From: Octopus vulgaris
Taxonomy: Eukaryota
Direction: 5' to 3'
Assembly: GCA_951406725.2 (NCBI GenBank)
Contig: OX597814.1
Span: 133,486,001 to 133,550,000 of the forward strand
DNA: 64,000 bases
Within the stretch, counting starts at the first letter, position 1; each line of letters opens with the position of its first letter. The notes below the pieces were generated by a model, which did no database searches, was not told where the DNA came from, and saw only the letters and a list, made by a program, of their open reading frames with translations. Positions 26,094-39,611 of this stretch are shown here, one piece after another. The position numbers and the translations under genes are program-made.

Positions 26094-26400
26094 AAGGCGC
26101 ATGACTCAGTGGTTAGAGCAGCGAGCTTACGATCGTGAGGTTCTGAGTTCGATTCCCGCATGCTGTTTTCTTGAGCAACACACCTTATTTCCTGAAGTAC
26201 ACTCAACTGTAGAAATGAGTTGTAACGTTTCCCTTGGATAACATTGGTGGCGTAGAGATGGGAGGCTGTTATGCATGGGCGACTGTTGGTCTTCTATAAA
26301 ACAACACTAGGTTGTGCGTTCGCTGGTGAGGCTACTTTCCTACTCATTGGAGGGAACCTCTAAGGTGCACCCATGACAATTCGTGACCGACGAGTGTATA
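26094..26400 (+). mobile_element. tRNA-derived SINE
   Basis: A box ggcgcatgactcagtggttagagc, B box gagttcgattcc, core cttgagcaacacaccttatttc; reverse orientation of the 40470 copy. Confidence 0.85.
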
Positions 26401-26514
26401 CATATATATAAGGTTAATCCAAGCATGAAAACACAAAGAGAAAACACAACAACGCGAGGGCGTGGAACAAGTATAGTGTTATTGAACGCTCAGGAAAGGA
26501 AAGAAAGAAGGAGG

Positions 26515-26549
26515 GTTTAACGTTTCGAGCGGAGCTCTTCGTCAGAAAC
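26515..26549 (-). ncRNA. Minimal type I hammerhead ribozyme (Penelope pLTR type)
   Basis: Minus strand: GTTT-CTGACGA-A-GAGC-tcc-GCTC-GAAA-CG-TT-AAAC; lies in a pLTR-like segment at about 26412-26690. Confidence 0.85.
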
Positions 26550-26689
26550 ATAGGAAAAGGAAAGATCCAAGGAAGGGAAGATGGAGGAAAAAAATCGACA
26601 ACGATACACACGCGGCCACATTTTGAATGACCGGAAAGGGATGGGTGAAGAAAAAGTTTTTTCAAAGCCAGGAGAGTGCAAGAGGAGGT

Positions 26690-27690
26690 ATGTGTGTGTA
26701 AGTGTGGATATGTGCGTGCGCCCAGGTCTGTGTACGTGTATAATGACAGCACGTGTGTCTGCGTGTGTGTATGTCTGTGTGTGTGGTTGTGGCTGTTAAT
26801 CTATGCGTGTGGTTGGGCTTAGTATCGTTTAAGGTCAAGGGAGAATTAAGCAGGAGTGGCTGTTGTGTCTACCTACCCATGTACGTAGAAGAATGGTCAG
26901 TGGAAGGTACTGGTAGTTTGAAGTACGTGTGTGTGCGTGTATGTATATGTATTGTGTGTGTGTTTGCTTGTAGTATGTGTGTGTGCGTGTGTATATGTAT
27001 GTATGTGTGTGTCCGTGTGTGTATACGTAGAGGTTGTGTGTGGAGGGAATAACTATGCTTTACTTTGTGTATGTGTGCGTGTGTGCTTGTATGTGCGTAT
27101 GTGTGTATACATGTATGTATAATTGTGTGCGTGTGTGTATGAGTGTGTGTTGTGTGTATGGGAGGTATGTGTGGGTTCATTTGTGTGTGTGTGTATGTGC
27201 GTGCGTGTCGTATGTGCATGTAGTTGTGTGAGCGTGTATGTGTGCGTGCGTATGTGTGTGCGTGTATGTGTATGTGGGTGTATATACGTGTATTCGTGGG
27301 GTTGTGAGTGTTAGGTGTGTGCATTCGTGTGCGTGTGTGCGTGTGTATGTGTGCTCATGCTTGTGTGCGTGTGTGTCGGTCTATATGTGTATACGTATGT
27401 GTATGTGTGTGTGCGCGTGTATGCATATATTGTGTGTGTATGTATATGTATAGGTGTGTATGTGAATTTGTGTATGTGTGTGTGCGCGGGTTATGTGTGT
27501 TGGTGTTTGTGGAGTTTGTGTAGGCGTAATGTGCGTGCGTGTGCTTGTGTGTATGTGTGTATGTATATTTGTATACATATGCATATATATGTACACACGT
27601 AGATGCATACATGCATACACACATATACATACATACACGTATACACACACATATGTGAATGTATGTATACATGCATGCATATACGAACCT
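26690..27690. repeat. Long degenerate (TG/TA/CG)n low-complexity tract
   Basis: Direct reading; source of many spurious V/C/Y and H/T ORFs. Confidence 0.9.
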
Positions 27691-27832
27691 GTGTTTTGCT
27701 GCTTGTTTATACTGAGGCATTCTTATTATACATAATAATATTAGAGCTATAAAAGAACGATTTACAACAGCGATACGCGTATTTGTTCGCGTATGTGTGT
27801 GCGAGCACACGCGTGTATCTATATATATATAC

Positions 27833-27867
<35 letters not shown>

Positions 27868-28020
27868 AAATTGATAAAACACGTTTTATCAATTCAAAAT
27901 GAATAATTAAATTACACCCTCTAGAAAATTACATATACTAGAAACGTTAGAATTAAAATAACAATTAAAAAGTAAGAAAGTAAATTACAAAAATAATATA
28001 ATGTATATAATAGGTAGAAA

Positions 28021-28071
<51 letters not shown>

Positions 28072-28075
<4 letters not shown>

Positions 28076-28474
28076 TTATTATAAAAGGCAGATTTTACTG
28101 GGAGTTATACAAATCTACAATATAGGATTTCTTCAATTATTTACCTGGCATTTTTAGTACAATGCATCGCGTCATGCCAGGTCAGTTTTAAAATTTAAAC
28201 TCCAATTAACAAAATTTAAGAAAACTACATTCTGGTGTGTGTCAAATGCTTTTCTTAGTCTGGTTTACACCACACGCAAACGCACACACAGTGGGCAACG
28301 AATAAAATGAAAGTAAATAGCGGACAGAGTGATTTGAGAAGACTAAAGTGAAAGTATTCTGTCTATGACGATGATAGAATAAAATGTATGGGAACTAAGA
28401 GCTAAGATGAGTGAAAATAGAAATTAGTAATAAAGTAAACATACACTCATACATACATACATACATACATACAT

Positions 28475-28507
<33 letters not shown>

Positions 28508-28522
28508 TACACACACATACAT

Positions 28523-28561
<39 letters not shown>

Positions 28562-28974
28562 CATACATACACACACACATACACACACACACAGTATTAG
28601 CTTGAGAACAATCAGATACGACACACACACACACACACACATGATCCAGCATGGCCACAACCTCAAGGCTGAAACATAATGCAGTAATTCGTAAGGCAGT
28701 GTCAATGTGGTTCCAGAAATCCGGCTAAACTACAGCCTAGAAGACGAGCCTCATCCTTGTATATGATTTAAAAAAAAATTTACCATCGTTTTTTCATTTT
28801 AATGCATTTTTCGCTATTATATAAGATACTTCTAAAATGTCTACGATAGTCAACGATTTTAAAAAATTTACCATCATATTTTTCCATTTTTAATGCATTT
28901 TTGTATTTTTGGCTATAACTCTAAAAATGCTTATATAGTTATTTCCTACAACCGAGAACGCGGGCGATACTCTA

Positions 28975-28975
<1 letters not shown>
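28072..28975 (+). mobile_element. Non-autonomous Helitron with internal microsatellite and LINE/SINE-type tail
   Basis: 5' tattataaaggcag; 3' ccgagaacgcggg..CTAG followed by T; 3' end homologous to 50970-51083. Confidence 0.7.
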
Positions 28976-29008
<33 letters not shown>

Positions 29009-29034
29009 GTATACGCATGTAATCTTGTATATGT

Positions 29035-29085
<51 letters not shown>

Positions 29086-29113
29086 TGTATACATATGCAT
29101 ACATCCTCATTTA

Positions 29114-29829
29114 CAGGGTCACTGATATAAAAGTCACTGATGGGTTTCAATATTTAACAACTTCCTTAAATTTACAAATAAATGCATGAAATTTTGATAC
29201 AATGTAAAGGACATAATAGAAATGAATATACATAAGGCAAATGTTGCAACACCACTACATCACATATCAAAAATGACATCACTTAAATGACGGCCATTTT
29301 CGGCTTCGCACGCCTGTGCTCTTTCCAAAGCTTGCACCATAACACCCTCAAGAGTTTCCAACCGCACTTCTCTGATTTCTTCATTAATGTTCACGTTCAG
29401 TTGCACCAGAGTCTCCGGTCTATTGTCGTAAACTCTATCTTTCAGGTATCCATGATAGAGACATTTTTGCACCCGGCCGTTCAAAGTAGGCTTCACAAAT
29501 GGTTTCAGCAATATGGGGTCACTGCTCATACCGCAAGAGAAACAATGCAGTTGCTACAGCAGTGGTTTGAAGAAAGAATAGTCTTCTGTGACGGCAATGT
29601 CAGCTGGCCTTATCCTTCCCAAGAGGGTGTTATGGTGCAAGTTTTCGAAAGAGCATGGGCGCGCGAAGGCGAAAATGGCCGACATTTAAGCGATGTCATT
29701 TTTTCATTTGGTAGTGTTGCAAAAGTTGACTTATGTCCTCTATACTGTATCAAAATTTCATGCATTTATTTGTATAATTAAGGAAGTTGTTAAGAATTGA
29801 AACCCATCAGTGACGTTTGGGACACCCTG
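29114..29829. mobile_element. Tc1/mariner-family non-autonomous foldback element with ~240-bp inverted arms and transposase remnants
   Basis: TA-CAGGGT...ACCCTG-TA ends; remnants WFQQYGVTAHTARETM...WP (+) and GYLKDRVY.NRPETL...ENGRHLSDVIF (-). Confidence 0.88.
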
Positions 29830-29913
29830 TATAAATATATATATAAATATATATATATACACTCATATATATATATATATATACACACACACATATATAC
29901 ATATATATATACT

Positions 29914-29965
<52 letters not shown>

Positions 29966-30077
29966 TACATCCATATGTGTTTATATAGATAGATACATAC
30001 ATACATACATATATGTATACATACATACCCACGCACTGAAGCAGACACGTAGACATATGTGTGGATGTGCGTGTGTA

Positions 30078-30117
<40 letters not shown>

Positions 30118-33100
30118 TGTGTGTGTGTATGTGTGTAAAATCCTCTATTGGAAGTTCTTCCATTATTGGTATATGCTACAAAAATAAACAGAAAAACGAG
30201 AGCACTCAGTAGACTTTTCAACTCCCATAACTCTGTCCAAAAAGAAAATGAATTAAAAACTTTGAAAAACCGATTCCATTATTGAGGATTTTATATATAC
30301 TCTGTAGAGAAATTAAATTCTGAAGCGACATAATTACTTCTGAAATATGAGAATATGCAAATAATGCAGCAGAAACTGTATTTGGAAGAAAGCGTAAAGT
30401 ATACAAGAACTGAAGTGAAAACGGTTTTATTGCTTCCGAAAAAAATATTTACTTTTGCTAAAATTTTAACCGTGAAAAATAAAAATATTACTATATACTG
30501 TATGCAACAACTAATACAAAATCTCCTGCGTCATTGCTATAAGCCAATTTAGAGACTCATGAGTATCTTCACCAACACACAACTAAACTGATTTCTTCTC
30601 TGAAAAGTTTAATTTTGAATTGATTCAGCGCGCTATGCTTATCATCGATCATCTCACACCTATTATACCCCGTAAATAATAGCCTCTACTGAATTTCAAT
30701 AACCGATTTCTTAAATGTCTTCAGGAATGACTACAGATTTCTGTCACAATAGCGCTAATCCAATGCCTTCTTAGTAAATTGTAAGAATGAGAACGAAGCA
30801 ATAATCTTCTTAACTAGGTTCCAAAAATGAATAGGATTTCTAATAAATAGAAGCACATTTTATGAAAATAATTACCTGTTGTGTGTAAGAGTGGGTGTAA
30901 GTATGCGTGGGTGTTTCTGCGTGCTTGTTTGTGAACAGTTATAACTCATACAATGAAAATGACTCAGTATACAACTGAGCTCCCTTAACACATGTTTAAA
31001 TTAAGCACACACACTCACATACATAAATATATATGTTTATCTGTCGATGCAAATCGTATATGAAATGCACCTGCGCCTTGTATAACAAACGTGTAACAAA
31101 AGTTCAATTAAACTCGGCATCCAAAGATATTAAACTAGTTGGCATAAGAATGTTCTTAGAACAAGGTTACAAATATACATTTGTACTCCAGTAAATAATT
31201 TACTCCTTATTTTACTTATGTTTAAGCATCATCTACATTGAAATGCTCTCCTTTAGTATGTGCACATAGATTCTTGTGCATCTTGCATTCGTTAAAATAT
31301 TGCAAACTTCCTCTTATTTAACACCATATTATATCACCTGTGATTCCGTTTTAATTTCAGCTACAGTCAGCAGTTTTATTTTGAGATATATAATGATGTT
31401 AAAAAGGTGTAGTTTAGACGAGTTTGGAGAATGTGAAATGACCACTATTTTGTTCGTTGTCAAAATATCCGTGGCGCCGAAGGAAAAGTGAGCGAATGAG
31501 TTATCATAATGCAATACCCAACTATATTATAACATCGATCCGATTTTTTTCTTTGCAGACCATCTGTGAAAAACCTCAAAAGAATAAACTAAAAATTCAC
31601 CGCACATATTCTGTTCTTGACGACGAAAAGAAATCAAAGGACCGGTTTTTCTTTTGCACAACAAATTGTCATACTTTCTTTAGTCTACATTTGAAGGTAA
31701 GAAATCTTTACGTTCAGGAATAGGCGTTAATAGATGTTAGTAACATCTTCCCATTAACACATCAGAAATTGCTTTTAATATTTCTATAGTATCTCGCTGA
31801 AATTTTACATCAACCACATATTGTCCCTACAAGTCGAATGTATTTCACCTTATAGATGATAAGAACTATATTTTCTTTACAATTGATTGGTCGAAAAAAC
31901 TTTGAGGAGTCATTTATCGGACGTAGCTGCATTTTGCAAGGTTTTCAGCAAGGTGCAACCTAGACACCGTTGTTCATTCAAACGACACTTCTCGCCTGAA
32001 GTTTACATTATTATCGTCGTTTAGCACTTGGAAATATTATATTAATCCCTTTTAATTGCAACAAAATTATTTTCATGTGAACTGAAAAAGAAGTGCATGG
32101 TAGACCTTAGTATTAGGTTTTGATATAGCAATTAGAAATATCCTAACGAAATGTATATAATATAGCAATATGCAAATGTGCTGTTAATACGTAAGTGTAC
32201 TTTTGGTGAATACAATAGATAATGTTACGCTGTATCTAAGTGTCACGTGTTGATAATGTTGCTGCTGTTAGTAGTATTTTGCGTGACCAGTGAGAGGATT
32301 GTATGTGTATGTACAATTCGCAAATATTTCAAGCACAAAATATAGCAGAATAGCGTCCAAAGTGATATTTAGGAGAATCTAAGTAATTTATTAATAATTT
32401 GATTTGTATGTTGCATATTGTGGTAAAAATAGAATGCGGTAGAATGTCGAATACTTGGAATAAGATATAACATTGATGACACTTATAAATACTATTTTCA
32501 TTGTTTCAAAGCGAAAGTGCAAAATTATGGTCCGAAATATAATCGAAATGTATATAAAACATGGGCCACTAAGTCGGCCTTTATGGATAAGAAACAGGTC
32601 CGAATGCCTATTAACCGTCCCTATCCAACTGTCCTAATCAGAAACAACGTCTTTTCGTAAATCATGAATGAAAGAATTGCAACAGTGAAGGCACTGAAAA
32701 GAGGCCATGCTGTTGACGGTTTCAGCACTTTCGTTGAACTTTTCGTTTTCTTTTATTTGTCTTTGATCAATAACAACATCAACGTGAACGTATCGCATAA
32801 ACACAAAAAGGAATGAAAGTACCATCAGTTTTTCGATGTACGTGTTGTTACATATATAGTGATGTATGCATTGTGACATAAGTTCAGAGGGAAGTAATGA
32901 AAATAATGACAAAATTTTAAAATAGAGAAGCGAGGTTATTGTCAGTTAACTATGATTAGCAGAAACAAAAATTATAAAGGAAATGTTGATAAATTCCTTT
33001 GAAAGTATATTTTATGTATTTAATCCAATGAGTAAGAATTAGGCATAGTAGTCACACAATCTTTATGTAACTGAGCCCACATGAAGTGATCTGGTTATCA

Positions 33101-33586
33101 TACACAGTTTTAATGTACTGTTTAAATTTTTTCCGAATTTATTCAATCAAAATAATGTGAAAACCAGTTAATATGTCCATGAAATGATGGTTATCACACA
33201 TAACATTCATAACTTGAAAGAAATTCAGCGTCGAATTGTAAAGAGTTCGTTTGTTTGACAATTGATTCAAATAATTGTTTTCACTATTATTAGTTTCATT
33301 TTTGAAAATCAGTTATTTCAGTCGCAGCCATAATCTTTCCTTGGTGTTAGGGACTTAATATTATGATACTAGCCTTATATGTAGATGTTGAGATCAGTGT
33401 CTAGCAGTTAGATTCGAACACGCTATTGGTTATGCAATTTTAAGCGGTGACTTTCAATATCGATAAGATATATTAAATGAATTCCGATGCTTACCCCTGT
33501 ATGAGTGGTGGATATATAAGTCTATATTGATTGAAGTAATAAATTCACCACATGGTTTTATGTGAAGATACGGTACTGGAATGCGT

Positions 33587-33587
<1 letters not shown>

Positions 33588-33648
<61 letters not shown>

Positions 33649-33665
33649 TTGACGATGACGACGAT
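33588..33665. repeat. (GAT)n microsatellite
   Basis: Direct reading. Confidence 0.95.
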
Positions 33666-34314
33666 TGGGACAGTGTTTTTCAATCAATGAAGAATGATGA
33701 AGTATCTCAATCCGAAAGAATGATTACGATAAGATTTTGTAAACAAACGAACGTTATTAACAAACAAGTTTTGTAGTCATAACAACGTTCAACGAAATAA
33801 AATTTCTGAGAAATGCAAAATACTTCAATTTCATTGGTAGTTACTATTTCTAATATATTGGATGACCATTGAGGCAAGGGAATTGATTGTTTCACAATGT
33901 TTCGGAAATGGGAAACGTAGAAGTAAAATTTGGCATGGCATAGTTGGAGCATATTAAGAGCGTTATCCAATTTAAAGAACCAAATTCAATAAGCATAGAG
34001 TGTTAGGAGTTCAACGTGAGTTTAAGTATTAAAAATGATTGTGTATTTAAAAATAAAGTGACTGGAAAAGGCGATGCATTTTGAATACAAGTCTGAAATA
34101 TGTTTGATAATATTAGGTAATGCTTCAATATATGATAACTTGAAAATGAGTTTAGTATTAGAAAAAGGAGGAAAAATCAGCAATATAACAGGAAGAAATC
34201 GTAATGTATGAAATAGAAATGATTGAAAAACAGAAAAAAACATTTTGGTAGAAAGAGACAGATAAAAGGAAAAATAAATTTAGAAATGAAATACAACTAC
34301 AATTTTCTGATATT

Positions 34315-34463
34315 TGAAACGTAAAATTAACTTAAGCTAGCTTTCAATATGTGTGCGGGGGCGAGTCCCAATGAAGGTGAATTAAGAAGATCTGGAGTTC
34401 TGCATATGTACTGTAAAGAAAGCTGGAAGACGTGAAGGAAGAACCATTATTTAAATTCATATA
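34315..34463 (+). repeat. Second copy of the 150-bp repeat at 23893
   Basis: Direct sequence match. Confidence 0.85.
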
Positions 34464-34520
34464 CAGATATATATTTCTAATTTATGTGTGTTGCGATGGC
34501 AAATGACAAAATATTATATG

Positions 34521-34620
<100 letters not shown>

Positions 34621-35151
34621 CGATGTGCGTGGCGATGGCATATAACGAAATTATATACATTTCTCGATATCGAGATTTTGCTTAGTTCTTATATTACAAA
34701 AGAAATGTTATAAATGCAGGCTTTAAATTAACATTGTAGATAATATTGTAGTATTCAACTATATTATGTAAGTATATACAACTGTGCGAATATTGCATTG
34801 TAGCTGCGAACTTATCTTATTATTAAACTTCCCCGTTAAGGCATACACTGAATTGCAAAAGAAACGTAATTTTATTTTTTTGAAATGTCATTTTTATATG
34901 GGAAATTCTGAAAATTTATTTCGAGGATGTAAGACTAAATATTCCAAGAGATGCTGGTTTATGGATGAGACCCAAATTCCAGGTAACCTTTCAACTTCCC
35001 CTGAAACGAGACGCCGAAACGCATCTGCGTTGAATGACGTGAAATGACTCAGCCGCAAACAATTGTCATGCAAACCGAAATGCACGTGCATTTTGTGGAG
35101 GTTGTGGGTATAAAAATCAACTTGAACAGCAATCCTGGCAGTCGAAATTTG

Positions 35152-37213
35152 TCCTTTCTTGTGTTTGTTTTGGTGTCATTTCTACTGCTAAGTACCTGTT
35201 TTATATTGCTTGTTGTAGGTTTTCTCTTTTGGGATTACGTGTTGCTATCAATTTGTTTCTGCGTCTTTTGACGCACTGCCTGCGGTAGCAGGCTTATGTT
35301 TCCCCCGTTTAGGGGGGAATTATTTTTTCTCTGCAAATGCAGTGCAGCATGGAGGTTGATAGGTTCCACTGTGAATCAGAGGACCACGTCGTGGAACAGG
35401 CGCTTGAACAGGCTCAAATTAACAATATCGGAGTCAGTGACTCGTCCATAGCCAAAGGTGGCAGTTATGCTTCTATGGTCGAAGTAACCAGCGAGGAAAT
35501 GTAGGTCAGTCGAGAAAGGCTCGAAGATTATAAGAACATAATCCAGAAGGAGAGGGTCAAACTTAAGATTGACCCCCGCCCCCGAGGAAGTTATGGATAG
35601 CACAAAAAAGAAAACATCATCTATAGAACATTATCAACGGCAATAAAAAGATAGAGATGGCATCCAAGGATACCATCGTAAAATGTTTACGCCAGATATG
35701 GAACGAAACAAAGTTCATAACCAGAGGAAAACGTTTCGGTACGATAGTGGTGAGATTTGGTTTCGAAAATGAAACAATAAAACACTCGTCTACACGTCTA
35801 AAGTTGGCAGAGCTGGTGCTATTGCTGACTTACTTCAGTAGACGGACCTCCAAGATGAGAATTGGGGAGGTCCCACCAGAGATAAAGGAGGTGTGGCAGA
35901 TAGAAGCCATAATGTTAGACAGGAAAGAGAAGGTATATATACTGTAAGAGATCAAAACACAACAGCTGAACGGCTGGGACGATGGCCTGGAAGTAACAAT
36001 TCGAGCCACGCAAAGAGATCTTGAAGAAATTACAGATCTAATCATCCTGTCCGATAAAACAAAATTAAGAGTGTTAGTAGAGGGCAGAAGCCCAAGGTGC
36101 TACCAATACAAGGAAAAAGGCCACATAAAGGCTAAGTGCCCAAGATTTTTCAACCGGTGAAACACCCTACACCCAGCTTTCCCATACAATCACTCGAACC
36201 AAAGGTCATTAAATCAGATAAACCCACCAGCCTACCAATGACCGTCAGGCCTAAGGAGGGTAAGACAACACTCGAAAAGAAAAGAATGTAACTGAGACAT
36301 CAAAACAACCCGAATTAGGGATAACAGAAACAGAAGAAAGACCCATGAAAAATGCCCACATCGAACATTCACCAACTGAAAGCAGCGACGTTGAAGAGTA
36401 GGCCAGCAAAAGAAGGAATACAAGACGTACCTCCAACTCCGCCTAAAATTTTACCAATCGCAAATCAAGACCAGCAACCACAAAGTACACACATAACTCA
36501 AACAAAGACAACCAACAATACGATATCACACATTTCCCACACAAGACGCAAACAACCTACTCGTTCGCCACTCACAATCCATTCACGAGAAGATTTTACC
36601 ACCACCATCACCTAGGAAAACAGTCACCATCCCTAGTCCAGTCCCTCCAGACACAGATTCAGAAATTCCACGCACATATACACTTGCTGACACACAAAAG
36701 ACGTGAGGGTCTCCCTCCCCGAAAAACGTCCTTCATAATGACTTATAAGACAAAGGACAATCATAAAGACGAAACTACTTATCGGGGATTTTGCCCCACA
36801 TATGAGATGTGCTCTCATAGATAAAGAGAAGCGCCAGAAACTGAGGGAGGCATTTGGGTCAGATATGTCTCCCTTAGGACTGAAGGTGGTGATTGATTCA
36901 CTGCCTCCGGTTATCGACCACAGTGATTTGAATGCACAGGTTATTAAAAAGTATTTTTTAATTAAGAAAAAAAATGTATGTTTAAAGAAAGAGATAAAAA
37001 AAGAGACTCCAAAGTTGTAATCATTAGACTACAAAAGTAAAAAGAAGGGGCTAAAGGAAGCTACTTGGGGCTGTGGCACGAGTAGCCGTCATTCCACCGT
37101 CTCATGTTTTATATTTCATCTTTTTTGTCATTCGTTTTTTCCCCGCATTTTATCTTTCTCTGTCCTTGTGCCGCCCCTCCCTGTTGGGCCTTTATGGCTA
37201 GAATAAAATCAAT
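35152..37213 (+). mobile_element. Second ORF1-only (gag-like) retroposon, HAL1-like, ~2.06 kb
   Basis: Probable 10-bp TSD tcgaaatttg/tcgtaatttg (35142-35151 and 37214-37223); pyrimidine-rich 3' UTR ending aataaa; only ORF1-like coding seen. Confidence 0.75.
35349..37020 (+). pseudogene. L1/Tx1-type ORF1 with degenerate CCHC knuckle
   Basis: MEVD...GGSYASMV...KFITRGKRFGTIVVRF...LLLTYFSRRT..RIGEVPPEI...LRVLVEGRSPRCYQYKEKGHIKAKCP; aligns by eye with the 6657-7929 protein; stops and frameshifts present; 3' boundary uncertain. Confidence 0.75.
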
Positions 37214-37235
37214 TCGTAATTTGAACGCATCAGGT

Positions 37236-38110
37236 ATGATGCAGATAGAATAAGCTGTCGGTCGATTGTAAGCAGGACAGCATGCTCCGGTTGTCGCGAA
37301 AGCTTACAATATCCATGTCAGCACCATCTATCGCCTGCAACAGCGATACAACACCTACAATACTGCAGACCGTGCCCGCAGAGGGTGCCCCGGCTGACCA
37401 CGTCCAGGCAGAATCGCTTCATCCACCCGCAACACCTTTGTGATCGCTTCAGACTGGCCAGCGTGACAGCTTGCGAGGCCATTGGCACTGGACAGCGATC
37501 TATCAGCGACGATACGGTACGACGCCGACTGGCCGCCAACAACCTGCGTTGCTGTCGCCCTCCTCTAGGGCCTGTCCTCACAGCCCGCCGCCGTCAGACA
37601 CGACTACAGTGGGCTATACAGCACCGATATTGGCGGCATCAACAATGGAGGTCGATAGTCTTCTCTGACGAGAGCCGGTACTGCGTTTCCACCCCGAATG
37701 GCAGAGTAAGAGTGTGGTGAAGGAGGGGTGAACGCTACAGAGACGCATGTATCATCAAGAGACATGGATGGGATAGCGAAACCATCATGGTTTAGGGTGC
37801 TATAGGCTTGAATCAGAGAACTGAGCCCCGTATGTTCCAAAATGTTGGTGCAGGCCGAGGGAATGTCATCACAGCGTAGCGCTACGTTTACCAGATCCTA
37901 AGACCTCACATCGTGACTTTCTTCGCACGTCTCCAGATCCACATGTTCCAGCAGGACAATGCTCCTTCCCACACGGCCAGGGTCACAATGGACTTCCTGC
38001 GTCAACACAACTTCAGAATAATGCCGTAGTCGGCTCTCAGCCCAGATTTGGTTGAGTTAGGTTGTGCCAAGGCTGGGAACTCGTGTGGAACTGTAGGCAG
38101 CTTTTCTCGG
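37236..38110 (+). pseudogene. Tc1-like DDE transposase, disrupted
   Basis: AVGRL*AG...VAKAYNIHVSTIYRL, TVRRRL, WRSIVFSDESRY, FQQDNAPSHTARVT, SPDL motifs. Confidence 0.92.
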
Positions 38111-39611
38111 GGTGCCGATGACTTTTGTAAACCACCCCATGCACTCCATGGTGTATGGCCGTTTTAAACACCCAGGGAGGGCACACACGGCATTGAACAT
38201 GCCACACTCTACAATCTCGATGTGCTGGTTCCGCTCACTACCAGAACAGATGATAATGACCCATAGACTGTGGTCAAAGTGCATCCAAGAAATTGTCTTT
38301 ATCAGATTTATCAGAATTGATCTCTGCCATAATGAAATTAAAGTATATTTCAGTCACACATGTCTCGAGTTTCTTTTGCGGTTAAGTATACATGCCTATA
38401 CACAGGCATAAAGCATATTTTCATAAAATATGTCCCTCTAGCAAATACGATCACTCCGTTTCTTTTTCAATTTCATTTGAATGTATTCAAATAAAATTAC
38501 TCATTCCGTGGGACGTAATACATCATTTACATCTTGTTCTAGTCATCCAGGAAAGAGCGTGCGCCTCAAATCTCGTAATAAAATTTCAGTAAGAGTCTAG
38601 AAATAATTCAGTGATAAAGATAATTCTACTTCCCTGATTTCACATTAACAGCGCTGGGATATGTTTCTCATTAGCATGTTAGTGGATAGTGTGTGATAAA
38701 TGCAAATAAGCGTTCTGTATCAATGAAACTCATTACGAATTAATTGCATCTTCCTCGCTCCAACTACAATTTACAATACGATACACAATGAATCGAATAA
38801 CTACTTTCTCTGACGTTAATGAGCATTGAGATAAATGATACAGATAGCTTTATTCCTATGCTTGTTAGGAGTTACTCTCCAGAAAGAAAACAAAGGTTAA
38901 TTCGTGATGTAACCTAAAGAATGCCTTCCATTTTGTTTTAGAATTTCGCTTATTTACCCTTTTCTGATTAGCAAATTAACAAAAATTGATATGGTAATTC
39001 CTTTGTTACACATATACTTAATATCATTAAAAAATTTCAAAAATATTATACGTTAAGCAAGTATTTAAAATTGTTTTGCACTAATGAAACTCGGAGATGT
39101 TTAAAAGTGATTTATACTATTAAATTTATTTTGTAAATAATTTCGCTCCACATTTATTATATTTAATTGCAGATCCTACGTGGAATGTAAAATATAATAT
39201 GATTTAAAAATTACAGTAAAGTAAAAAAAAAAAAAATTAAATAGATTTTATCTCGATGATTCGTTCTTAATATATTGAATGAAACATCAAGTTTCTACTT
39301 TTTCTCAGACGTGAATTGATTACCAAAAACTGGAGTCTATCAAGAAGTAACCAGCCGAAGGGATATTCGAATTATAATGTATGTGACGCCTGTAATGCGT
39401 ATGGAAAGTAATTTCAACCAAAACATTCAATGTGGATACGAACATGATGGTATGCTTTTGCGTGTATGAGCATGCATATGAGTGTGTGTGTGTGAGTGTG
39501 TGTGTGTGTTTACAAGTATGCGTGTGCGCGCAGACATTGAATGTAGGGATTTGTTCAATTCAGATATCAGTAATTTAATACAAAGCATGTTAATAAATTT
39601 TGCTATAATTA

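Larger units (their letters stand above)
34846..38388 (+). mobile_element. Tc1-family DNA transposon interrupted by a 2-kb insertion
   Basis: TA TSDs; imperfect TIRs cactgaattgcaaaagaaac and gtttcttttgcggttaagta; transposase remnant inside. Confidence 0.85.

Noticed and set aside
26094-26165. tRNA gene-like sequence (also at 451, 40730 and 58840)
   Set aside because: A/B boxes run into SINE bodies and I could not build a complete cloverleaf.
32634-32912. 92-aa ORF with a CxxCC-like word
   Set aside because: No recognisable domain or splice support; likely chance.
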